The notes beneath the pieces are model-generated. The model was given only the letters and a program-made list of their open reading frames with translations, searched no databases and was not told the DNA's origin. Source: Azolla caroliniana (Eukaryota; Plantae; Polypodiophyta). From it: DNA of 64,000 bases. The stretch lies in contig JBHGNT010000008.1 in the NCBI GenBank assembly GCA_043228905.1, positions 12,648,001 to 12,712,000 on the forward strand, given 5' to 3'. Shown here one piece after another: positions 38,601-49,887 of this stretch (position 1 is its first letter; every line of letters begins with the position of its first letter). The position numbers and the translations under genes are program-made.

Positions 38601-41600
38601 CTGTGGTGCTCGCGGCGAAAATCTTCTTCAGATTTTCCCACGCACCCTTCGGCGTCTTTGCATCCCGAACATAGCTCAATAGTTGTTCGCCCACACATGA
38701 CGCGAAGCAGTACAATACCCTGCTCGCCGATTGCTCCCACGACGGGAAGTCTCTGTGTGTCGATTCGGGTGCCGCGTCATTAGCTCCTTTGACATAACTC
38801 CAGTAGCCGTGCCCGAGCAGGTACTGGTGCATCTTGTAGGACCAAGACGCGTAGTTGGTTCTGTGGAGCTTCTCTGTTGGAAGCGAGCTCGCCATGCCTC
38901 TATCCATCGTTCTTCTCGTTCTTCTTCGTCAAGCTGTGTCGGCTGCAGAGAGGTTCTCAACCCTCGCGCTCTGCTACCATGTAGAAAGTAACGCGCGGAA
39001 GCAAGTATGAAGACTGAACAGAAGGAAGAAAACTCAGGTTCAATGGAGAGCTTGAGCTCACACGGTATATGCGGGAGAGACAAAGAGAGTGAGAGAGAAG
39101 ACACAAAAACTATGTTCAACAATAATACTCAGTCTGTACATAAGACGTGCTCAGTGAACACTTTTATACAAGTCCTAGAAGGACTGACCGAAGTACTGAC
39201 AGTACTTCAATGCTCTTCAAGAGCTCCTCCACTAACTCCCAAATATATTCCTCACGGAATATCTTTACTAACGACCTCCCGGTTTACGCACTCGGCCTAA
39301 CCGATTGGTCCCAACCGATCCGGTCCTCGGCTTCTTCAGCCGATCCGGCTGATGTTGAGCTTGTCTGTCAACACTTCTCCTGTGACAACCACAATTGCTT
39401 CGTTGGCCGGTTCCGGATGATATGCATCCCCAACACCTGTCTTGCCGGACCCAAGTCTTTCATTGAGAAGGTCCGGTTGAGAGCCTTCTTGAGCATCCGT
39501 ATTTATGCTTGGTCCCGTCCGACGATCAACATGTCGTCCACCTACAGAAGGAGTATCAGGAAGTCGCCTCCTTCGAACTTCTTCACAAACACGCAGTGAT
39601 CGGCGTGTGTCTTGTGGTACCCTTGATCGGTTATGAAGGAGTCGAACTTCCGGTACCATTGCCGGGGGGGCCTGCTTCAACCCGTAGAGGCTCTTCTTCA
39701 ACCGGCAAACCAGGTGCTCCTTCCCTTTCTCCACGAATCCTTCCGGTTGCTGCATGTAGATCTCCTCTTTGAGGTCACCGTGAAGGAATGCCGTCTTCAC
39801 GTCCAGCTGCTCTACCTCGAGGTCCATGCTTGCCGCTATACTCAGCACCGTCCGGATGGAGGTCATCTTTACTACCGGGCCAAATATCTCGTCGAAGTCC
39901 ACACCCTTCTTCTGCTGGAACCCCTTCACCACGATCCTGGCTTTGTATCTCAAGGGATTGCCGGCATCTCCCAGTTTCAACTTGTACACCCACTTGTTTC
40001 GGAGTGCCCGCTTTCCTTTCGGCAACTCCATCAATTCGTACGTATGGTTCTCATGCAGGGAATCCATCTCATCCTACATGGCACTTAACCATTTTCGGCT
40101 GTGGGTGTCATTCTTCACTTCTTCGAAGCTTTCTAGCTCCCCCTCATCGGTCAGCAGCACATGCTCTGCATCCAGAAATCTCCGGGGGGGCCTTCTCTCT
40201 CTGAGAGGATATCTCCGTCTCTGGGCTTCGGTAACCGGCTCCTCCATTTGCTCTTCATCCGAATCCGATTTGGGGTCTTGGCCGGTTCCGGTTTCAGCTT
40301 CCTCTACTTCTTCTTCTGCCGGTTCGGTATCCTCACCGTAGCCGGCTGGTTCCTCGAGTGCTAACCGGTCTCTTGCCGGTTGGGTTTGCTCATTGTAGAG
40401 TCGATCCTTACCGGTTGACTCGGAGTTCATTATCTTCTTCTCCGACTCCCAGTCGACGAGCGTCTTGTCCTCCATGAAGATAATATCTCGACTCCGGAAT
40501 ACCTTCTTGTCGACCGGGTCCCACACTCGGTAGCCGAACTCATCGTCGCCGTAACTGAGGAATATGCATGGCCGGCTCTTTGGATCCAACTTTCCTCTCT
40601 GATCCTTAGCTACATGCACGTACGCGAGACACCCGAACACCTTCAGATGCTGGTAGGATACTTCCTTACCGGTCCATACTCTCTGCGGTGTGTCTCCATC
40701 CAAGGGCACTGAGGGTGATCTGTTTATCACATATGTCGCCGTCGACAGTGCCTCAACCCAAAACTTCTTGGGTAGTTTTGCATGCACGAACATACTCCAG
40801 ACCCTCTCCATTATGGTCTGGTTCATCCTCTCGGCCAGCCCGTTTAGTTCGGGTGTCTTCGGCACAGTAAATTCGAGCCGGATTCCCTTCGAGAAACAGT
40901 ACTCCTCGAACTAACCCTAGTATTCTCCTCTGTTATCTGCTCGAACCGCCTTCATCTTCTGGCCAGTTTCTCTTTCCACTCTCGCGTGGAGCTCTTTGAA
41001 GACGGATAGCACCTGATCCTTCGTCTTCAACGGTGTGGCCCACAGCTTCCGGCTGTGGTCATCTATGAACGTCACGAAGTACTGTGATCCTGCATGTGAC
41101 TTCGTGTCCACTTGACACACATCAGTATGCACCAACTCTAGTGGTGCATTACGTCTCATCGGTGGCCTTGGTCGGAAGGAGGTCCGGTTTTGCTTACCGG
41201 CCAGAGAATCAGTGCAGTTCTCCAAGTGCACGTTCTTCACTGGAATGAGGTTGTCGTCTGCAGCCTCTTCATCCCCTTCTCGCTCATGTGACACAGCCTT
41301 TTGTGCCACAGCTCACCGGCAGTGTCGGATGCCACGTTCACTTCCTCCGGACATAATCGGGCATTCATCAGGTACAATGTGTTGACCTTCCGGGTCCGAG
41401 CCACAATCAGGCTCCCTTTGCTGAACTTCATAACACCGTTCTGGATGCTACCCGTGTAGCCTTCATCATCTAGCCGACCGGAATTATCAGGTTCAGACGA
41501 ACCTCCGGAACGTGTCGGACATCCTTCAACAGCATCTTGCATCCGGTTGGTGTTGTCAACCACATGTCTCCTATGCCGACAATTCGGCATGTACCTTCAT

Positions 41601-43361
41601 TCCCCATCCGGACACAACCGTGATCACCGGCTGAGTAGGATGAGAAGCATTTCCGGTCCGGGGTAAGGTGGAACGACGCTCCGGAGTCGACCACCCAGGT
41701 CATCTCGTCGCCGGCAAGGTTTAGCTCACTCTCCTCGGTGATGAGCATCAACTCTTCTTCACTTGCCGCGATTGCCATCGTTCCCTTCCGGTCCGGCCCC
41801 CTCCGGTCTTTACCGTTCCGGTCCGGGGTCCGCTTCGAATCGGTACCGTCGGTTTCCTTGTCTTTTCGGAAATGCGGACAAATCTTCTGGAAGTTTCCCG
41901 GCTTGCCGCAATAGAAGCAAGTAGGCCTCCCCCTTGACTTTGACCGTGTCCTCGACTTCTCCCGATTTTGGGGACTACGGTTCCTTTGTCTTCCGCGTTC
42001 CGATTCGGTAAGGAGCGCTTTGGAGTCGGAGCTTGTATCCTTATCTTTCTGACGCGCCTCCTCATCTAGCAAGCTCGACTTCACTCTTGCTAGGGATAAC
42101 CGTTTTCCTTCCGGCCCGGTGTTGCCCAAAGTGACAACCAACGTCTCCCAGCTATTCGGGAGGGAACTGAGCAGGAGTAGCGCTAGTACCTCGTCGGTGA
42201 GAGGTACTTCCAATGATGTTGCCTGGTGTATCAGCCCTTGGAAGGCATTCATGTGCTCCGCCATGCTGGAGCCATCTTGGTACCAGAGTCTTACTAGCTT
42301 CCGGAATACCGAAACCTGGTTAACAACATTTTTGTTCTGAAACATAATGCCGATCTTCTCCCAGAGCTCATGAGCCTTGCTCTCTTCATTGAAGTTGTTG
42401 TATAGGCTCATGTCGATGAAACACCGTATGTAGGCTGTTGTCTTCATGTGCATCACCTCCCATATCGTGGCGTCGATTTTGTCCGATCTCTTGTGTCCGA
42501 ATTAAACTGGCAACCAAAGATCTTTCATGATAAGCATGTCCCTTATCTTCGACTTCCACACCGAATAGTTGGAGCCGGTGAGCTTGAACATACTTCCCAA
42601 CGAATCGTCCATTTTCTGTGTCGTTTCGCTCTGATACCAGTTTCACAGGAACTGCACGCTCCCTATGCGCAATGCTCGGCCACAACCAAACTTAGAATCA
42701 AACACAGAAGAAACGGGGAATGAATACACGACACAAAGGAGAGAAGAGTACACAGGATGTTTACGTGATAAACCCAAACTAGGGGAAAAACCACGACAAC
42801 CCACAGACTGCGAACTATCACTATATCACAATGATTACAACAGTGAGCTCACGGCAGCAACGATCTCGTGGTCACGATCTTCGCCACAGGCGGCGGTTAC
42901 AACAGAGGCAACAACCTCTTCCTCTCTCTCTCTCTCTCTCTCTCTCTGTACACTGTTACGCGCTCTCTGATCTTGCGCCAACAAGAATGACAACAACTCT
43001 CTCTCATAAAGTTTGCCCTAAGTCATATTTATACTAATATGACTTTTCGGCTATTTAGAAATATAGCCCCGATGGACTCTCAGAAACATATTTACGAATA
43101 TGTCCCTTCATCCGGTGAGCACTCTTCACCGGGCCTGCATCATCTGGCGCTTGCCGGGTACTCGTCATCCGGTTCTCACCGGGTCATCCGTAGCCGGGTA
43201 CTCCTCATCCGGTTCTCACCGGGTCTTCATCATCCAGTTCTCACCGGGTCATCCGTAGCCGGGTACTCCTCATCCAGATCTCACTGGGTCTTCATCATCC
43301 AGTTCTCACGAGGTCATCTGTAGCCGGGTACTCCTCATCTGGAGGGACCTGTTTCTTAACA
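32675..43361 (-). mobile_element. Degenerate Ty1/copia element B (Tork/Tto1-like), nested in A
   Basis: TSD ATTTA (32670-32674, 43362-43366). 3' LTR 32675-33348, 5' LTR ~42643-43361, PBS-iMet 42628-42639, PPT 33349-33359. Fragments WVVDSGASFH and EQLDVKTAFLHG. Host reads PKF|SGR..CEAC across the site. Confidence 0.93.
34127..39373 (-). mobile_element. Ty1/copia element C (related to A and E), nested in RT of B
   Basis: TSD CTTCT (34122-34126, 39374-39378). LTRs 34127-34495 and 38980-39373; PBS with one mismatch at 38968-38979. Gag MASSLPTEKL; frameshifted pol with an RT deletion. Confidence 0.95.
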
Positions 43362-43459
43362 ATTTAGTGGCCGGAACGGCCAAGTCTGCGAAGCCTGCCA
43401 ACTTCGGAAGCAACATCAACTTCTATTCCCTGAAGAGTGTAATCGGAGTCGTAATACGC

Positions 43460-44157
43460 TGTCGGGGTTGCTACGCCCTTGCGTGCAGAAAGGAAGAGGG
43501 ACCACGGGGGTCTTGGACCGAAGAGCAAGAGAGAGAGGAGTAAGAGAGAGAGACCCGATTACACAGAACCGAAGATTGCACAAGGACACGGCCCAACAAA
43601 CAGAGATCACAAATAAACGCCGACGCAGATGGACGCAACAACGAAAGATATGTACTTATGAATGCAAGAAAATAACAGACTAAAGTATTACAACCCACGG
43701 TGGGGCACGGAATAGATACTAACGAAAACGAACAGTGCGGCGAACAGATGCCGACCCCTGTGTGACGCGACGCACAGAAAGGGGAAACAGGTCGGAGGTG
43801 CTGCAGGACGCACTCGGGGCGTTCCACGGAACAGCGCTAGCCTCCTCGAAACCTGCACAGGTACGCGATGGAGCAGAAGACAGAGAAAGCAGGAGTGAGA
43901 GAGGAGCTCCGAAATCGGTTCGGCAGCACTTCGTCCTCCCCGCGCGAGATACCCCACTTCTATTCTTCCTCTTCCTTTTATATCCCGTCAAGAGGCCGTT
44001 TGGCATTAACTGCACACCAACCGAATCTACCCACCTAGGATCCTCGTATGTACCTACTTCGTCCTTAGGTACTTCTTGGCGCGCGTGTGTGTGTGTAGAG
44101 CCGTTTCCCCACGCCTTGTTCCTCCGATTCCTCTTGTGGGCGGTTTTCTTCACGACA
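43460..44157 (-). repeat. 3' LTR of element D
   Basis: + strand TGTCGGGG...CACGACA; matches 49888-50585. Confidence 0.96.
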
Positions 44158-44229
44158 TCCGCCCCCACCTAACCGCGCATCCACCGGCATGCGCCAAATT
44201 AAGTTGGCACGGAGAAAACCGGCCCGCCT

Positions 44230-47200
44230 TTACTCTTCGCCTGCCGGCCCTTCCTCGGCCTCGGGTCGGTCGTCGCTGCTGTCTAGGAGAATCGGGTCGG
44301 GTTCGTCGTCGTGCCGCTTCTTGAAAGCTTTGATCCTCTTCCCGGCCACGGGTATCGCTATTCTCGTACCGTCGAGTTCCGCCAGATGATACGTCCCGTT
44401 GTCGTTGGCGCTCTGTACCGTGTACGGCCCGAACCATCTCCGTGCGAACTTCCGCGTTGCTCGGTGCTGGTTGTCGAGGCTGCTGTCGTAGACGAGCACC
44501 CAGTCACCTTGTTCGATCTTCTTCGGTCGGAGTCGGTGCGTTCGGTCGAACCTGGCCTTGTTCTTTATCCTCGCCACTCGGATCCTTTCTGCAGCCGTCT
44601 CCACGTCCTCCGGTCTCCGTTCGAGTTGTCGTATACGCGCTGCCAACAAGTCCTCCCGGCTCATCTCGTCCCTCCAGTCGACCGTTGCCCATGAGGAGAT
44701 TGTTCGTTCCATCGGCATGATCGGCTTCTGGCCGAACATGAGCTCTGTCGGCATGTACCCGGTTACCGAACTGTGCGTAGTCCGGTCGGCCCACAAAGCA
44801 TAAGGTAGAAGTCGCGGCCAGTTACCGATTTGGCCCCCGCATGCCCGAACCAGCGCTTTAACGATCGGCCCGTGTCCGCGCTCCACCTTTCCATTCGCCT
44901 CCGGGTTGTACGCAGTGGTGAGCGAGAGTTTGACTCCCAGCCGATCGAACAGCTCCGCGGCTTCCTCGGCGTCCAACTCCCCTCGGTCAGCCACGATCTT
45001 CCCGACGCACCCGTACCGGCATATCACGTCCTCGATCAGGAACCGACACACGGCCGCGGTCGTCTTGTTCTGAAGGGCTCGGCCTTCCACCTGGTTCGTC
45101 AGGTCTTCCCGCGCTAGGACCAGATACCGCATCTGTCCTACCCCCATCGGCATCGTCACTAGATCTACCATCCATTTGGAGTGGATAGTCGGAGGGTACG
45201 TAGGGCGAAGCCCGTCCCGGTGTCGGACTATCGAGTGCATCTGACAACTCTCGCAAGTTGACACGAACCGATGCACGTCCCGGTACAATCCCGGCCACCA
45301 GTACTTCCCCTTCAGCTTCTCAAATGTCGCCCACGTTCCACGGTGTCCAGCCCAAGGGCTGTCGTGGTAGGCCGCCAGTAGCTCCTCCTGTTCTTCCTTC
45401 ATCGCCACCACCCGGAGCGGGACGCCGTTCCTCTTCTTCGGGTGCTTCCACAAATGCCCATCTCGGAGAAAGAATCGATATGCTTTCTTCCGGATCCGGT
45501 TGGCCTCGTCCTTCGTCCATGACGCATCGGGCGTCATTGTCTTCAAAAACCCGCCGATCTGCAGCCACTCCCCGTCGTACTTGCTCGCGTCGAACTCGTT
45601 AAGCGCCGGAGTGCTCATCCCGTCGGTCGTTATGTATGCCGCCTCGAAGAAATCCACGCCGACTTCTTCGTCTTCCGAAACCATGCCGCCCTCGTCGTCG
45701 AACCTCGCCCTCGAAAGCATGTCGGCCATGGCATTGTCTTTCCCGGAAATGTGTCGTATTTCCGGGTCCAGGGACTTGATGTACGCTATCCACCTGAGCA
45801 TCGCCAGGTCCGGAGTCGCGCATCCGGAAACCATACCGAGAATCGGCAGGCAATCCGTCTCGATGATCACTTCTGTCCCTATCAGGTAGTCTTTGTCGGC
45901 CTTAACCGCCGAAACAATACCCCAGAGTTCGCGTTTAACCTGGGCGTATCCTCGCTGCCGTTCACTGAGGACTTTCGCGCCGAATCGGATCGGAAACCGA
46001 TTGCCGTCCTCGTCTTCCTGGTTCACGACCCATCCGATCCCGGTCGGACTGGTATCCACCGTCATGAATACCGGGGTACCCTTCCCGTATACCGCCTTCC
46101 GGAGTGCCGGTGCCGCTGCAAGGGCCTCTTTCAGCTTCCGGACCGATTCCGCGTGCTCGTCTAGCCATTCGAACCTTCGCCCCTTTTTCAGCAACCCGTA
46201 CAGTGGCTCCGCGACGTGTGCGTAATGCGGGATCCATATGTGGTAGAACGCGCATGCCCCCAGGAATCTCCGTACTTCCGTGACCGAGCTGCAGTTGGGC
46301 TTCATCGCGGAGATGGCTTCTATCTTTGCCGGAGACGGTTTCCGGCCATATGGTCCACATAAATGTCCGACCACCATGATTTCCGACTGCCCGAATGCTG
46401 ACTTCTCCCCCGAGAAGGTGAGCCTCGCATCCTCTAGCCTTTGTAGCACCTTCTCGCAGTCGTCGATGTGCGTTACCACGAATCGCCGGCATCCGTCCGG
46501 GCCGATCGTCTCGTCCTTTTTTCCCACCGGGCATCCCTTGATCGGGATGTCGTCCAGAAACGGCATGGTGATGTCCGGGATACAGTCCCTCAGAACCTTG
46601 TTCATCGCATTCACCATGTGGGCCACCGAGTTGGTCCCTCCTTGCGGCAGTGTACACATCCGAACTAGGCCGAGGGGAGTTCGCATCGTCGTAATGTCTC
46701 TGCTCTCCACGGCTAGCTGGAACTGGTCGTACCCTGAGTATAGATCCCCGACCGAGTAAATTGACCTTCCGGCGAAGGCCTCCGCGAACTCGTCTATGGT
46801 CGGTCCGATCCCTGCGTTCCGAATGGTCACTCGATTGACCGGCTGCAGGTCCTGGATGAAGCGCAACGAACCGTTTTTCTTCGGTACGGTAAACCATCGA
46901 TTCGAATATGGGGCGCTCGACGGCTCGAGAATTCCCATATCAACTTTCTGCCTCAGCAGCTCCATCAACTTCGGGATGTGAGCTCTCGGAACCGGGATTG
47001 GCTTGAGATTCCATGGTACATGCGGTACCGTGAATATCACCATCGGCTCCACGATCGTCGGGTCGACGCACCCGATTTCCTCCGGCGAGAAGGCGAAGGC
47101 TTTCCCGTGCCTTCCGAGCATTCTCCGAAACCGGTCTTCCTCCGCCGGCAGTAGGAACCCGCCCCCACCGATTTTGAGCTCTCGGAGCGTCTCGTCGGTG

Positions 47201-47727
47201 AAGGTGTGTCCTATGCAGGCCGGATCTCGTAGACTAGGGTCCGATGCAACCCCTTTGATTCTCGACGCGCTGTCCTTTGGTAAGGGTGCCGCGACTGGCC
47301 TTACCTTCCGGTCCACAGTCTTGTACTTGGTGCTTACGTGGGTCGTCCGAACTGACTCGAGCCCTCGACCGACGTCCGCGATGACTTCGTACATCTCCTC
47401 GGAACACACCGGTATCGTCCGGTCTTCGTTAAGGCCTTCTTCGACTACCTTTCCCAGCATTCCCAAGGTGTCGTCGAATGAGACCGCCTCCACGGCTCCG
47501 TTGATTTCCTCGTCAGGGCCGAGAACTCTGCACGCTCGAAGTCTCCCCTCCGCCTTTCTCTTCTCTCGGCCGCCGATGCCGACTATCGCACACGCTCCGC
47601 TGTCGGAGAACAAAAATTCCCTACCTATGGTACAAGGTTTCTTCGGTTTTATCGTACAGGTGTGGGGTTTTCCCGGGGTGTCCGGACTGTCGCGGCCCCA
47701 CGCCTTGGCAGCCCTCTCTAAAAATCC
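44230..47727 (-). CDS. Pol (RT-RNase H-integrase), probably reached by a -1 frameshift from gag-pro
   Basis: Frame is open from the slippery site to the stop at 44230. Contains FLDD, VDTSPTGIG, YHDSPWAGH..CESC, VADRGE and NGKVERGH. No ATG at the start of the ORF. Confidence 0.93.
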   Translation of the reverse strand, partial: GFLERAAKAWGRDSPDTPGKPHTCTIKPKKPCTIGREFLFSDSGACAIVGIGGREKRKAEGRLRACRVLGPDEEINGAVEAVSFDDTLGMLGKVVEEGLNEDRTIPVCSEEMYEVIADVGRGLESVRTTHVSTKYKTVDRKVRPVAAPLPKDSASRIKGVASDPSLRDPACIGHTFTDETLRELKIGGGGFLLPAEEDRFRRMLGRHGKAFAFSPEEIGCVDPTIVEPMVIFTVPHVPWNLKPIPVPRAHIPKLMELLRQKVDMGILEPSSAPYSNRWFTVPKKNGSLRFIQDLQPVNRVTIRNAGIGPTIDEFAEAFAGRSIYSVGDLYSGYDQFQLAVESRDITTMRTPLGLVRMCTLPQGGTNSVAHMVNAMNKVLRDCIPDITMPFLDDIPIKGCPVGKKDETIGPDGCRRFVVTHIDDCEKVLQRLEDARLTFSGEKSAFGQSEIMVVGHLCGPYGRKPSPAKIEAISAMKPNCSSVTEVRRFLGACAFYHIWIPHYAHVAEPLYGLLKKGRRFEWLDEHAESVRKLKEALAAAPALRKAVYGKGTPVFMTVDTSPTGIGWVVNQEDEDGNRFPIRFGAKVLSERQRGYAQVKRELWGIVSAVKADKDYLIGTEVIIETDCLPILGMVSGCATPDLAMLRWIAYIKSLDPEIRHISGKDNAMADMLSRARFDDEGGMVSEDEEVGVDFFEAAYITTDGMSTPALNEFDASKYDGEWLQIGGFLKTMTPDASWTKDEANRIRKKAYRFFLRDGHLWKHPKKRNGVPLRVVAMKEEQEELLAAYHDSPWAGHRGTWATFEKLKGKYWWPGLYRDVHRFVSTCESCQMHSIVRHRDGLRPTYPPTIHSKWMVDLVTMPMGVGQMRYLVLAREDLTNQVEGRALQNKTTAAVCRFLIEDVICRYGCVGKIVADRGELDAEEAAELFDRLGVKLSLTTAYNPEANGKVERGHGPIVKALVRACGGQIGNWPRLLPYALWADRTTHSSVTGYMPTELMFGQKPIMPMERTISSWATVDWRDEMSREDLLAARIRQLERRPEDVETAAERIRVARIKNKARFDRTHRLRPKKIEQGDWVLVYDSSLDNQHRATRKFARRWFGPYTVQSANDNGTYHLAELDGTRIAIPVAGKRIKAFKKRHDDEPDPILLDSSDDRPEAEEGPAGEE
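47659..47727 (-). promoter_or_regulatory. -1 ribosomal frameshift signal (G GAU UUU plus pseudoknot)
   Basis: Slippery heptamer just before the gag UAG, 6-nt spacer, stem GGGCUG/CAGUCC, loop GUGGGG pairing with downstream CCCCAC. Confidence 0.8.
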
Positions 47728-49844
47728 TCTCGGTTATCGGAACCGAGGGAGTCGCGGTTACGCTCGTGGTTCGGCCTAACCGTCAAAAACTGGACCGAAT
47801 GGCGCCCGTCCTGGCTCTTGACTCGCGCATAGGCCGAACCATTGTCCAGCACCTTGGTCTCCATTCGCGCCGCCGTGATGTACGGCTCTCCCAGTATGAC
47901 CGGATGCGAAGACGTCTCCTGCACGAAGAAGTGCTGGTCAATCTCGACGTCGCCGATCTTGACTCGCACATTCGGACAGGCCCCGTGCAGTTCCTCGGTG
48001 GCGCGCGTTGCTGCCCTTATTTTCCACCCGTGCTTGGTGTTGATCGGCCATTTGCCCTTCTTATAGAAGTCCATGGACATCAAATTGATCTCCGATCCGT
48101 GGTCTACCAAAGCTATCACCGGATCCTGGACATCGCCGATCTTCACCGGGGTTTCCGTGGTCGCTCGGGCCCAGTGCGGTCTCGAATAGTGGCTTTCCGC
48201 CCACTCGTCTCCCAGCGCCATGTCGTCTAGGTGCGTCGTCCGCACTTCCACCGGTCTTTCCGGTTCTGTCTCCGTTGACAGCCTCTTCCGTTTCACCAAG
48301 TCCACGATGGAGTCGTGGAACTCCTTCTTGGCGATTCCCAGTACCTCCCGTAGCGACAGCTCCACCTTGCTGTCGAGGATCCGTTCCTCCAGGACCTTTC
48401 GTAAGTCCGTGGTTCTTTCTATCTCCGTCCCCAGACGGTACCCGCCCTTCTGGGGTTTATCTTGCATACCGGCCCCGCCGGCTTCGTCCCGTCGTGGCCC
48501 GGACCGGGTCTCATATCGTTGTGAGGGCCCGGTCGTCCCGGGTTTCCCCACCCGCTTCTCTTCTACCAGAGCCTCGTAGTTCCGGCAAGCGGCTTCCACG
48601 AAGCCCGTCTTTTCCTCGACCGGGTCGCTCCACCCGGTCATCTCCCGTACCTGTTTCTCCGCACGGTCCGATTCCTCCCTCTTCATCCTCGTATCGGCAA
48701 GGCCTTCCAGCACCGTCGGCCAGAATCCGGCTCTGCTTCCCCTTCGGGCCTCGTTGCCCCCGACTCGAATACCGGCCGACGCCGAGTAGTGGACGGTTTC
48801 CGCGTGTCGGGCCGCCGCCTCTTCCATCACCCTTTTCATACCGCCCTTTCCGTCGTTTCGGCTCAGGGCCCTTCGGGTGTCGCTGGCATGCACCCGTCCT
48901 TCCCACAGGTACACCACCCTGTTCCTCAGCGCCTCCGCGAAGTCGCCGCAGTCCTTCCGAATGTGGCCGACTTCATCGCACCACATGCACCTGTTTCCTG
49001 CCGCCGGCCGTCGGTCACGAGCCGATTCGCCTCCTTCCCTTCGGGCCTGCGCGATTTGGAGGTCCTTTATCGCCTTCGTCAATTCCTCCAGCGCCGCTCC
49101 TCCGGTTGAGCCTCTGACTACGCCGGTCGAAGCCGAACCGGTTTCCAACCACTCCCGGGTCTCTTCCTTGCGCACCTGTGGCGCTGGTTCGAGCTTCCTT
49201 GCTGCGACCGGGCCCGACCCGGTCGCCCCGTTATCCGCCCATTCTCGCCGTTTGTCGAAACGGCCACAGACCTTCCTGACAGCCGCCCAGTCGGTAGTGA
49301 GCCCGTCTTCGGTTTCCAGCAAGAAGCCCACTTGCTCCCGATCCCGCTCGTCGACCGACATGACAAACAGCAAGACCCGGCTCGTGTCCAGGATGGTTCG
49401 GTCGAGCGCCGAAAGGCGCGCAAAGTTTTCCTCGAACTCCCGGAGGAGCGCCGACGCGTTTCTTCCCTTCCCCGGGGACTCCACCCATTCCATGAACCTT
49501 CGCTTCGAAAGCCGGAGCGCGTCGTCCAGCCCGTATTTCTCTAGGAGCCGACCTTCGAACTCCTCCCAGGTACGGCTCTCCGTCCGCACCTCGAGCACCT
49601 CCGCATGGATGCTCGGCATCGCTACTCGGGGAAATCCGGCAAGACGCCTTTCTTCCGGAATGTCCCGCATCAGCATCTCTGCACCGTAGGACGCCAAATA
49701 CTTCGTGGCATCCTTCCCATCGAACCGGCCGATCGTGCCGACGACCGCCTCAATAGCTCTATCGAGGGCACCGGTGCTCTCGCGCGCGTTTACAATCCGA
49801 TCCACGGCCGAAGCCATGGCCTCTGCGAGATCCGACCCCCTCAT
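47718..49844 (-). CDS. Gag-protease of element D
   Basis: Intact ORF with first ATG at 49844; CMWCDEVGHIRKDC Zn knuckle; LVDHGSEIN; ILGEPY. Confidence 0.93.
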   Translation of the reverse strand: MRGSDLAEAMASAVDRIVNARESTGALDRAIEAVVGTIGRFDGKDATKYLASYGAEMLMRDIPEERRLAGFPRVAMPSIHAEVLEVRTESRTWEEFEGRLLEKYGLDDALRLSKRRFMEWVESPGKGRNASALLREFEENFARLSALDRTILDTSRVLLFVMSVDERDREQVGFLLETEDGLTTDWAAVRKVCGRFDKRREWADNGATGSGPVAARKLEPAPQVRKEETREWLETGSASTGVVRGSTGGAALEELTKAIKDLQIAQARREGGESARDRRPAAGNRCMWCDEVGHIRKDCGDFAEALRNRVVYLWEGRVHASDTRRALSRNDGKGGMKRVMEEAAARHAETVHYSASAGIRVGGNEARRGSRAGFWPTVLEGLADTRMKREESDRAEKQVREMTGWSDPVEEKTGFVEAACRNYEALVEEKRVGKPGTTGPSQRYETRSGPRRDEAGGAGMQDKPQKGGYRLGTEIERTTDLRKVLEERILDSKVELSLREVLGIAKKEFHDSIVDLVKRKRLSTETEPERPVEVRTTHLDDMALGDEWAESHYSRPHWARATTETPVKIGDVQDPVIALVDHGSEINLMSMDFYKKGKWPINTKHGWKIRAATRATEELHGACPNVRVKIGDVEIDQHFFVQETSSHPVILGEPYITAARMETKVLDNGSAYARVKSQDGRHSVQFLTVRPNHERNRDSLGSDNREDF

Positions 49845-49866
49845 TTCCTGCTCTTCTGCCGCCTCT

Positions 49867-49884
49867 TTCACGTCGGGTTCACCA
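49867..49884 (-). promoter_or_regulatory. PBS (tRNA-Trp)
   Basis: TGGTGAACCCGACGTGAA, 3 nt from the 5' LTR. Confidence 0.85.
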
Positions 49885-49887
49885 AGA

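Noticed and set aside
49867-49884. tRNA-Trp-like sequence as a tRNA gene
   Set aside because: Only the 3'-terminal 18 nt including CCA are present, next to an LTR; it is a PBS.
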